Shown: piece after piece, positions 48,155-55,887 of the stretch
How positions within the stretch are numbered: the first letter of the stretch is position 1
Layout: each line of letters opens with the position of its first letter
DNA from: an uncultured Actinomycetes bacterium
Lineage (GTDB): Bacteria; Actinomycetota; UBA4738; HRBIN12
DNA: 64,000 bases
NCBI GenBank assembly: GCA_963796725.1
Contig: CAWCMT010000005.1
Span: 272,427-336,426, forward strand
Direction of reading: 5' to 3'
The notes under the pieces: model-generated
Databases searched by the model: none
What the model was told of the DNA's origin: nothing
What the model saw: only the letters and a program-made list of their open reading frames with translations
Made by a program: the position numbers and the translations under genes

Positions 48155-49011
48155 CGCTGCTCCTCTCGCTCCCGCCTGACGCTCTTCCTGATCGCGGGAC
48201 TGCTCTGCGTCATGGCGACGATCCCGGCGCACGCGGGGCTGCTCGCGAACCCCGGGGGTGGGTCGACCGCGGGGACCCGAGCGCCGGTCGTGGTGATCGT
48301 GATGGAGAATCACTCGTACGGCGCCATCGTGGGGTCCTCGGCGGCACCGTATCTGCGGAGCTTCGCCAAGCGAGGCACGCTCTTCACGCACTACTTCGCG
48401 CTCCACCACCCGTCGTTGCCCAACTACCTGGAGATGACCTCGGGCTCAACGAGCGGCTGCACGACAGACAGCTGCCCACAGAAGCGATACCGGACGAAGA
48501 ACCTCTTCTCCCAACTGACCGGCGCCGGGGTCTGGTGGCGCGCGTGGGCGGAGAGCATGGGGACGCGCTGCCGTTCCTCGTCCTCGGGCACGTACATGGC
48601 GCGGCACAACCCGCCGTTGTACTACCGCGACCTGTTCCCCCGGATCTGCCCGACCCACGACACTCCCCTGCCCCGTCACCTGCCAGCCAAGTTGCCGAAG
48701 TTCGTCTTCCTCACACCGAACGCCTGCCACGACATGCACGACTGCTCGATCGCGACCGGCGACGCCTGGCTGCGCGCCACGCCACACAGCTGCTTGATCG
48801 GGGGGCGACGGTGGTCGTGGTCTTCGACGAGGGCACGGACAGCGCCGGCGGCGGGGGCCACGTGTACGCGGCGGTCGCGGGGGCGGGCGTGCCACGCGGC
48901 GTGCGCGACGGCCATCGGTACTCCCACCGGAGCTTGCTCGCGGGCCTCGAACGGCATTTCGGCCTCCCCCGGCTACACGGCGCGAAGGGCGCGCGGCCGC
49001 TGCCCATCTGA
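48155..49011 (+). pseudogene. secreted phosphoesterase-family protein (acid phosphatase/phospholipase C-like), frameshifted near 48780; 5' start unclear
   Basis: VVVIVMENHSYG, PSLPNYLEMTSG and ARHNPP lie in frame of ORF 48212. The C-terminus (ATVVVVFDEG...RYSHRSLLAGLERHFGLP) lies in frame of ORF 48151 and ends at 49011. A signal-peptide-like RSRLTLFLIAGLLCVMATIPAHA precedes ATG 48212 with no canonical start codon. Confidence 0.65.
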
Positions 49012-49783
49012 GGACCAGCGTCTTCGATCGAGCGGCGTCAAGACCGCGGATTCATCGAGCCTGCGAACCTGACGAGATCTGCGAGCGGGATCTTCCCCTC
49101 CCCACTACATAGCGCCGACCATCAAGGACGCAGTCCACCCCACTGATGGCATCAGGCGGGCATCGTGAAGACCGAGATCCTGCGCTCGGAACCGAACGTG
49201 CTCACGCGCTCGCTCATCCGCGTCATATGCGCCGTGAAGGCGACGACCGTTGAGGAGTCCGCCGGCTACGTGCTCGACGTCATTCGTGACGTCCAGGAGC
49301 ACAAGCGGCGGGCGCGTACTCTTCGGGAAAGCACTGAAGCCACCACGGGCCTTTAAGGACCGATCGGGGATCAGGAGGCTTCGTGGGACCTACCGCGACA
49401 GTACTGGCACCGTACCGCAGAGAGTGAATCTCGGATGCCCTACTTCTGAGAAGACCACGTAGGGGAAGCGCTTGGCGACCGCACGGTCGCTGCTCTACTC
49501 GGAGACGACGGGGAGGAACGTCGCCGACATCGTGGTCATGTCGATCTTGGACATGAACTCCTGAGCAAGCGGGCTGGTGTCGCGGGCCTGGCCGCCGGCA
49601 GCGTGGTCCATGTCGGCGTATCGAAGCACCAGCGCCCATTCGCTGTCCTCGGAGCGGGTGGCCTCCCGCCGCTCCAAACCAGGCAGGGTCGGAGCAACCT
49701 CCGCTGGAACCTTTCGTTGATCGCCAGCATCTCATCGTCGGTTACCCTCGGCTTGGCGCGGAAGCGGATGATCTGCAGAACTG

Positions 49784-50241
49784 CCCTGGTTCGCGAACCT
49801 AGGCTCTCGCGAAACGAAGTCGCCGAAGATCTACATCACCGATCCAGGGATGCACGCCTCCCTATCGGGAGCCGACTCGAAGGGCATCCAGGGGAACCTG
49901 CTCTGCTGGGTTCCTTCCTGGAGTCGGCTGTCAGCATGGAGATCGTACGGGAGGTGGCCACGGCTCAGTTCGGCATCGAGATCTTCCACTACCGGGATAA
50001 GAAGCAGCGGGAGGTGGATATCGTCCTCGAGCGCTCGGACGGCAAGATCGCGTGCATCGAGGTGAAGGCGGGCGCCACGGTGGGTTCGAACGACTTCCGC
50101 AGCCTTCGATACCTACGTGATGGCCTCGGCGACCGGTTCGCCGCAGGCATCGTGTTGCACTGCGGCGAGCGGACGCTGCCGTTCGGGGATCGCCTCGCCG
50201 CGGTTCCCGTCGAGGCGCTGTGGAAGCCTCCAACGACCTAG
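49784..50241 (+). pseudogene. DUF4143-type AAA ATPase, C-terminal remnant with internal frameshift
   Basis: PWFANLGSRETKSPKIYITDPGMHASL (frame 2), then after about 49895 ...EIFHYRDKKQREVDIVLERSDGKIACIEVKAGATV...RFAAGIVLHCGERTLPFGDRL (frame 1). The AAA domain is absent upstream. Confidence 0.65.
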
Positions 50242-50286
50242 ACTTGATGGGGCTTTGGGCTGGTCCCTCGGCCCTCGTAGCTCAGT
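50239..50286 (+). repeat. relic copy of the tRNA-Arg promoter (-10 TAGACT) and tRNA 5' end
   Basis: 50265-50286 (ccctcggccctcgtagctcagt) is 22/22 identical to 54239-54260, which covers 6 nt upstream plus nt 1-16 of tRNA-Arg. CTAGACTTG lies upstream of both copies. Confidence 0.7.
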
Positions 50287-50300
50287 TGCTCGCAGTGCTG

Positions 50301-50417
50301 CTACGTGATGACCTCGGCGACCGGTTCGCCGCAGGCATCTGTCGCACTTGCGGCGAGCGGACGCTGTCGTTCGGGGATCGCCTGGCGCTAGTTCCATCGA
50401 GGCGATGTGGGACGCCT
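50301..50417 (+). repeat. second, decayed copy of the DUF4143 gene 3' end (direct repeat of 50113-50229)
   Basis: 117-nt segments align by eye at roughly 85-90% identity with small indels. Copy B translates to ..LGDRFAAGICRTCGERTLSFGDRLALVP... Confidence 0.7.
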
Positions 50418-50626
50418 TAGGCTGATCCTTGATTGTGGCCGGCGGGACCAGGCGCTCGCGCTAGCCTACGTTCCATCTTGGTCATGAACGTTGGCTGCCC
50501 ACGTCACCTATGAGGCTGCGCTGCAACAACTTCAGGATCGCGAGAGTGGAGGGGATCACGACTCAGACAGGCCGGCTGCACCGCCTCGCTGCGAGCAGTA
50601 CCTTCTCCCTGTGAGCTCTCGAGTGA

Positions 50627-51142
50627 AGCTGGGTAGGTTGGGGGCCCGACATTAAGAGGTGGCTCATCGCTGTCGGAGTCAGCCTGCTTGCGGTCGCGAT
50701 CGTGGGGACGGCGGTGTTCGCGAAACATCCTGTCCACCCGGTCCGCGCTCGGCGCGTGGTCCTGGAGCGTCCTGTCATAGCTCCAAGGCTGAATCGGGCA
50801 ATCGCTCCTGGCCGGGGGGAGCCCCCAATCTCGGAGGCTCAAGCAGTTGATAGGGCTTGGCAGCAGATGGGTCAGGTTCATCCTGCCAGCGTTGTTGCCG
50901 TCTACGTCAGCTGGAACAAGCAACCTATGTGGGTTGTCTCGTTCCAGGGCGGTGATATCTGTCCTCCCGTGACAGGTTATCCTGGCGCGGATGTCGCAGG
51001 TCAATGCGTTGGAAACACGTGGAACGTCAAGATTGACGCAACCACCGGGGCGTGGGTTGACACCTTTGCCGGGGGTCCGGCCACCAGTCCTGGTGCATCA
51101 TCACCCGCTCCTTCTATGGCCAAGATTCTCAGGGGCGGATAG
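50627..51142 (+). CDS. membrane-anchored PepSY-like domain protein, no canonical start codon
   Basis: The frame is open from 50627. TM anchor WLIAVGVSLLAVAIVGTAVF, then ISEAQAVDRAWQQMG...VSWNKQPMWVVSF, which is PepSY-like. The only in-frame GTG (50702) lies inside the TM segment. Lower GC. Possibly a pseudogene. Confidence 0.4.
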   Translation, partial: SWVGWGPDIKRWLIAVGVSLLAVAIVGTAVFAKHPVHPVRARRVVLERPVIAPRLNRAIAPGRGEPPISEAQAVDRAWQQMGQVHPASVVAVYVSWNKQPMWVVSFQGGDICPPVTGYPGADVAGQCVGNTWNVKIDATTGAWVDTFAGGPATSPGASSPAPSMAKILRGG

Positions 51143-51282
51143 TACCGCCGGGATGAGGATGACCTCCACATGAAGCTGTGCGAGGTCCTTAGGCGGAGAT
51201 GTTGGACGAAGGGGGTATTTTTGGCAGATACCATCGCGACGATCTCGACGATTCGATTACGCCTAGCGGCGACACGTGGCCG

Positions 51283-51571
51283 TTAGCCAACGTTAGCTCC
51301 GTCAAGGTCCAGCTGCATGCTCCTTTCGAACTCCACGGGACTTCGGTATCCGATGGCTGAGTGCAGTCGCTTGCGGTTGTAGAAGACCTCGCTGAACTCG
51401 AACACCGCGGTACGTGCTGCGGCCCTCGTCGGGAAGCGGTGGCTCACGCTTGATCGTAGCGAACAGGCTCTCGGCGGTGGCGTTGTCCAGCGCGTCGCCG
51501 ACCGAGCCCATCGATCCAGAGCCCGACGCCGTCCCCGTGGAAGTGGTCTGCTCCCCGTGAACCGGTCCACC
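51283..51571 (-). mobile_element. IS3-family transposase OrfB C-terminal remnant (frameshifted, truncated)
   Basis: [25 protein letters not shown] and [35 protein letters not shown] lie in two minus-strand frames. This is the rve-domain C-terminal signature of IS3-family transposases. Confidence 0.65.
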
Positions 51572-51855
51572 TGATATGAGAGTCACGACCGCCCCGAGGG
51601 GGCAGGAGGTGACTCTTGAAGGGCAGACGCCACACGCCCGAGCAGGTGGTACGAAAGCTCCACGTGGCCGACAAACTCGTCGGCCACGGCAAGGATCTCG
51701 CCGCGGTGCTCAAGCACCTGGAGGTCTCCGAGCAGACCTACTACCGCTGGCGCAAGCGCTACGGTGAGCTCAGCCCCGACGACGCCAAGAGGCTCCGACA
51801 GCTCGAGGGTGAGAACGCCCGCCTGAAGAAGCTCGTCGCCGACCAGGCCCTCGAC
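51572..51855 (+). mobile_element. left end and truncated OrfA of a second IS3-family element
   Basis: Begins TGATATGAGAGTCAC (IS3-type TGA terminus), with AGAGTCAC/GTGACTCT inverted repeats. OrfA reads MKGRRHTPEQVVRKL...LEVSEQTYYRWRKRYG...RLRQLEGENARLKKLVADQALD, then homology stops. Confidence 0.7.
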
Positions 51856-51857
51856 CG

Positions 51858-52643
51858 CTCAAGACCGTCCTCCCCGTCATCGAGGGCTTCGCGACGTACA
51901 TGGAGCAGGGCCTCGGCATCTCAGACGTGGATGCCATCGGATCCGATGACGCCAAGCGGTTCATGACCTCGAGGCAAGCCGATGGGTCGCCCCCCACCTA
52001 TGCGGACTCGTCGGATCCGGCGGATGGGGATCCGCCTTGCGTTTCGCACCGGGCGTGCCCTGGGCCTCGCCCACGGTGACCCCTCGCTCGACATCGACCT
52101 GGGGCCGATGGCGTCGATCCACGCCCGTCCCTGACCGATGAAGAGATCGAGCGCGGCCGTTCGTTCGCCCTCTCCTCCTTGCGTGACAAACGTCGCTCCG
52201 TCGCGTGGGCGCTGGCCGAGGCGACAGCGCCGACGAGCGAGATGGGGCTCGTGCGGGTCGGCGACGTCGAGACGTCGTCGGGGCAGGTGTGGCTCTCGGG
52301 TTCTGCTGGGACCGAGCCGCGTTGGGGGTGCTTCTCGGAGTGGGATCTCGCGCAGGTCGAACGACGACTCCAGGCGGCGGCCGATCCGAGCGAGTCGCTG
52401 ATCGTCTGGCGTCGCGAGCCGAAGACGCTCCGCGCCGCGTGCTCGCAAGCGATCACCGAGACCCTGAAGGCGGCGGGTCTGCACGGCGACGACGTGAAGC
52501 CGCGCTCGATCGTGGCCTGGGCCGGGCGCCAGATGCTCGATGAGGGTTCACCCATCGTTGAGGTCGCTCGTCGCCTCGGCCTGCGCTCGCTCGACCAGAC
52601 CGCCGGGTTCGTCCGCTTCGACTGGCGTGGGGAAACAGGGTGA
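51858..52643 (+). pseudogene. tyrosine-recombinase-like (integrase-like) gene with two frameshifts and degenerate catalytic positions
   Basis: Frame 0 (..IEGFATYMEQGLG..DDAKRFMTSRQ), frame 1 from about 51997 (MRTRRIRRMGIRLAFRTGRALGLAHGDPSLDIDL), and frame 0 again from about 52131 (LTDEEIERG...KPRSIVAWAGRQMLDEGSPIVEVARRLGLRSLDQTAGFV). The layout recalls SAM-like plus catalytic integrase domains. By-eye alignment puts non-canonical residues at the Arg, His and Tyr sites. Confidence 0.45.
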
Positions 52644-54064
52644 GCGGCCGCCCCGTGCTCGGGAGCGCCGATCGCCTCCTCGATCAGCTCCGGGGGCCGG
52701 CCTCGAGCTTCGAGAAGCTCGAGGCGATCTTGCGGTGTCCCATCACCTACGCACTGGCCGAGGCGATCCCGGACAAGCCGCACGCTGGGCGTCCGCGCGA
52801 CTACCCGAGGTACATGTCGGTTGTCTACCACGCCCTGGTCAACCACGTCTGGGCATCCGCCCGCCGGGTCGAAGCCGAGCTCTGTCATCCCGACGTCTGG
52901 GGATTCATTCGCCGCGTCGTGACTAAGCAGCTCCCGGACAACCCCGAGTTGTGGCTCCCAGCCAACCCGATGCGCCGTTGGCACTACGCGCACGCGTGCA
53001 CCTACCTGCGCGACCCCGTGATCTTGCAGGCGATGAAGGACGTTCAGAGGGAAGAGGCGTGCAAGCTCGCGATCGAGCTCGGCCTCTTCGGCGAGGCGGG
53101 CACGGTCTCATGGACCCACCCCGATCCGAACCGCTACATGCAAGCCGACGGCAAGGTCATCACCCCGATGTACCGGGGCAAGCGCGGGCAGCAGATCGTC
53201 GATCGGGCGACTGGAGAGATCCGCGCCGTCCGCTTCGACCCCGACGCCACCCGTCACACCGAGGGCGGGGGCAACTCCGTCATCGGGAACAAGTACGTGA
53301 TCGTCTCGGCGCGCAACGAGTACGAGCGCGTCCTCCTCGACATCGAGTACGACTCGGGGAGGAAGGGGGATGGGGGCGAGGCTTCGGTGGCCATGCGCTG
53401 CTTCGAGCGCCTGGCCCCGAGCTTTGCTGGCGCGCAGGGGGTGAACTACGACAAGGCGATGCGCGGCGCACACATCGACCACGCGATGCGCGAGCTCGGG
53501 TGGCTGATCCAGACCGGCGTGCATGCCCGGAAGGACGACGCCGGCCGGCCGATCGAGTGGCACATCGAAGACGTCACCGTCCACATGTCCGGCGGTCGTG
53601 ACGCCACCGTGAGCATCTTCGCGCGGGAAGGGGCCGCCGGCCTGAAGGAGTTGACCGAGACCGGTGAGCCGCTCTTCATCCCGCTCGAGCGGATCAAGAC
53701 GGAGCGCCGCGGCGACGCCGGCCGCTACCGCTTCTACAACGTCTACAGGCTTCCGCCCGAGTACGGGAGCGGCGAGCTCCGGGTGCGCCTGACGGGCACC
53801 GAGGAGGACGAACGCCGCGGTCTCAACCGCGCCGAGCACCTTCGTGCCATACCGCCGTCCGATCCTGACTTCTCCGGGCTGTTCCGCCGGCGCAACGACG
53901 CCGAGAGCCTGAACCGTGGCATCGAGGACTCCTTGTACTGGACCCGCGCTCACAGCGTGGGCGCTCCCGCCCAGGAAGCCGACCTCATCGGGTTCGCGCT
54001 CGGGCTGAACGCTCTGAGCTGGCATCGCCATTACAAGCGCCAGACCCTGGCCGCGGTCGCCTAA
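52640..54064 (+). CDS. 474-aa putative DDE-type transposase-like protein (family not recognised)
   Basis: Intact ORF whose GTG overlaps the integrase-like stop (GTGA). The C-terminal F-x2-R-x3-E context (LFRRRNDAESLNRGIED) is reminiscent of the Y(2)R(3)E(6)K region of IS4-like transposases. Acidic candidates are LLDIEYD and VNYDKAMRG. Confidence 0.45.
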   Translation: MSGRPVLGSADRLLDQLRGPASSFEKLEAILRCPITYALAEAIPDKPHAGRPRDYPRYMSVVYHALVNHVWASARRVEAELCHPDVWGFIRRVVTKQLPDNPELWLPANPMRRWHYAHACTYLRDPVILQAMKDVQREEACKLAIELGLFGEAGTVSWTHPDPNRYMQADGKVITPMYRGKRGQQIVDRATGEIRAVRFDPDATRHTEGGGNSVIGNKYVIVSARNEYERVLLDIEYDSGRKGDGGEASVAMRCFERLAPSFAGAQGVNYDKAMRGAHIDHAMRELGWLIQTGVHARKDDAGRPIEWHIEDVTVHMSGGRDATVSIFAREGAAGLKELTETGEPLFIPLERIKTERRGDAGRYRFYNVYRLPPEYGSGELRVRLTGTEEDERRGLNRAEHLRAIPPSDPDFSGLFRRRNDAESLNRGIEDSLYWTRAHSVGAPAQEADLIGFALGLNALSWHRHYKRQTLAAVA

Positions 54065-54170
54065 CAGCTGCCACCCCGTTCCCAAGTACCCCGGCGTCCG
54101 TGAGGCTGCTCCAGAACCTCTCCGCTCGTTCGCAGGGACCACGATCATCGGCTCGACCGGCATCGGTCGC

Positions 54171-54176
54171 TAGACT
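54171..54176 (+). promoter_or_regulatory. -10-like hexamer TAGACT about 68 nt upstream of tRNA-Arg
   Basis: The same CTAGACTTG 9-mer precedes the relic tRNA 5' fragment at 50238. Confidence 0.35.
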
Positions 54177-54230
54177 TGGCCGCACGATCCATCTGGCCCG
54201 GGGTTTTCTGCCACGTTTTCTGCAGCCCCC

Positions 54231-54251
54231 GCCCTCGGCCCTCGGCCCTCG
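54231..54251 (+). repeat. GCCCTCG heptamer x3; the last copy is the tRNA acceptor-stem 5' strand
   Basis: Read directly: gccctcg gccctcg gccctcg. Confidence 0.85.
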
Positions 54252-54320
54252 TAGCTCAGTGGATAGAGCACCGGTTTCCTAAACCGGGTGTCGCAGGTTC
54301 GATTCCTGCCGGGGGCACCA
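54245..54320 (+). tRNA. tRNA-Arg (anticodon CCU), CCA encoded
   Basis: Manual cloverleaf: acceptor GCCCUCG/CGGGGGC, D-arm GCUC-AGUGGAUA-GAGC, anticodon arm CCGGU-UUCCUAA-ACCGG, variable GUGUC, T-arm GCAGG-UUCGAUU-CCUGC, discriminator A, CCA. 76 nt. Confidence 0.9.
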
Positions 54321-54957
54321 TGTGAGTGTCGTGTTCCGGGTGATGCTGGTCATTCCGGCGTCGCCTGAGCTTTGACACGGTTCCGGCTGATCGTTGACAC
54401 CGGTTCCGGGTGATCGTTGACGGTGGCTCCGGCTGATCCTTTACACACCACCATGCTGCTCCCATCGCCCCGATGGAGCAGGAGGTGGATCGTGCTGGTG
54501 GAGCTCAGCGTCATGGAACAGCGCTATCAAGCGGTGCTGGCGGTGGTACAGGACGGCCGGAAGGTCGTCGAGGTCGCCGAGCGCCTCGGTGTGTCCCGTC
54601 AGAGCGTCCACAACTGGATCGCGCGCTACGAGCAGGGGGGCCTCGCCGCGCTCAGTGACCGCTCGCACCTTCCAGCCTCCTGCCCGCATCAGACCCCTGC
54701 TGAGATCGAAGCCCAGATCTGCGAGCTGCGGCGCCAGCACCCCGGTTGGGGGCCACGGCTCTCGCTCGGGCGTCTATCGAGTGCTCAAGCGGGCCGGGCT
54801 GATCGACCCGGGCGCTAGACGCCGTAGGGATCGACGGTTCAAGCGCTGGGAGCGAGCCGGCGCGATGGAGCTGTGGCAGATGGATGTCGTCGGCGGGGTG
54901 CTGCCCGGCGATGGCAGGCAGTGCAAGGTGCTCACCGGCATCGATGACCATTCAAGC
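54321..54957 (+). mobile_element. IS481-family element, left end and frameshifted, 3'-truncated transposase
   Basis: Starts TGTGAGTG immediately after the tRNA CCA. The transposase starts at GTG 54492 (LSVMEQRYQAVLAVVQDG..VSRQSVHNWIARYEQGGLAALSDRSH.P.SCPHQ). It shifts frame near 54765 (..YRVLKRAGLIDPG...WERAGAMELWQMDVVGG...LTGIDDHS) and then ends. Confidence 0.7.
54374..54441 (+). repeat. three tandem 22-23-bp direct repeats (GAC-N3-4-GGYTCCGGSTGATCSTT) in the IS481 left subterminal region
   Basis: gacacggttccggctgatcgtt / gacaccggttccgggtgatcgtt / gacggtggctccggctgatcctt. A degenerate fourth copy lies at 54331-54352. Confidence 0.75.
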
Positions 54958-54961
54958 GTCT

Positions 54962-55132
54962 TCAGGGCATGGCGGGAAGCTCGAGAAGACGTTCGGCTCA
55001 GGTGGCGAAGCCGTCGGACCGCTCACGGATGCGCAGGCCCACGATGTCACCCTCATGCCCAACGGGAAGATCGTTCTTGCCGGCCTGAGCAGCACGGCCG
55101 ACGTGATCACCACCCGGTTCCTGGGTCCGTAG
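54962..55132 (+). pseudogene. C-terminal fragment of a delta-60-repeat-like secreted protein
   Basis: ..GKLEKTFGSGGEAVGPLTDAQAHDVTLMPNGKIVLAGLSS..DVITTRFLGP resembles one delta-60 repeat unit. There is no upstream part, and it joins directly to the truncated IS481 transposase. Confidence 0.4.
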
Positions 55133-55269
55133 AGGGGACGGCGCCGCCGGCGCCGATGTCCCGACGAGCGCGCTGCAGCAACTAGGCCGTCGCACGAGTT
55201 CGCGGGGGCTCCCTCCGATGGCGGTGCGGCTCGGCCCAAGGCCGACCGCCGGCAGCGCCTCGGCTGCTG

Positions 55270-55680
55270 CTACCGCGGCTGTCCGATGTTCACCATCCAT
55301 GGGATGCCGAACCGATCCGTCAGCATGCCGAACTCGTCGCCCCACGACTGCTTCTCGAGGGGCATCATCACCGTCGCGCCGTCCGAGAGGCGCTCCCAGT
55401 ACCTGCGGAGATCTGCCTCGTCGTCGCCACTCAGGCTGATCGTGATGTTGTTCCCGGGCCGGTACACCATCTGCGGGGGCGTGTCCGACGCCATCAGGGT
55501 GAACCCGCGATCTGTCGCGAGCGATGCATGCATCGTTTTATCCGCGAGCGATGGGTCGTCGTTGCCGAACTCCCCGAACGTGCTCATCGTGAGCTCGCCG
55601 CCGAAGACGTCCCGGTAGTACTCCATCGCCTCTCGGGCGTTCCCGTCGAAGGCGACGTACGGATTGAGTCGCGAGGGCAT
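55270..55680 (-). CDS. VOC-superfamily protein (PhnB/YjdN-like)
   Basis: LNPYVAFDGNAREAMEYYRDVFGGE...HASL...FGIPWMVN pattern. GGAGGAGG SD. Confidence 0.8.
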   Translation of the reverse strand: MPSRLNPYVAFDGNAREAMEYYRDVFGGELTMSTFGEFGNDDPSLADKTMHASLATDRGFTLMASDTPPQMVYRPGNNITISLSGDDEADLRRYWERLSDGATVMMPLEKQSWGDEFGMLTDRFGIPWMVNIGQPR

Positions 55681-55807
55681 GATCCCACCTCCTCCGGTTC
55701 TACGTGAGGACCGAGCGTAGGCACGATCGCCTCGACGTGCAATCCCGAACCGACCTCGGTGGGGTCAGTGACCGTGACTGGGACGGCCGTCGGAGGTCCC
55801 GCCCTTG

Positions 55808-55887
55808 GTTGACCCTCCGCGACTCTCGAGCGAGGACCATGCAGTCAGTGGCGCAACCACCTACTTCCTCGTCGCCGACATCTCCGG
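55808..55887 (+). repeat. decayed duplicate of the leader and first 16 codons of the DUF2652 gene (copy of 57972-58057)
   Basis: gttgac..ctccgcgac..cgagcgaggaccATG.agtcag.ggcgcaacc.acct..ttcct..tcgccgacatctccgg aligns by eye at about 85% identity. A 1-nt deletion breaks the frame. Confidence 0.7.

Noticed and set aside
49105-49760. Short ORFs in the low-GC patch, e.g. 49165..49356 (+), 49495..49677 (-), and a minus-strand stretch IIRFRAKPRVTDDEMLAINERFQRR reminiscent of MobC or ribbon-helix-helix proteins.
   Set aside because: No motif is strong enough to name a family, frames are broken, and no convincing starts exist. They are left unannotated as probable gene debris.
54374-54441. The tandem 22-23-bp repeats as a CRISPR array.
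   Set aside because: The repeats are contiguous with no spacers. There are only three to four copies, no cas genes, and they are located inside the IS481 subterminal region.
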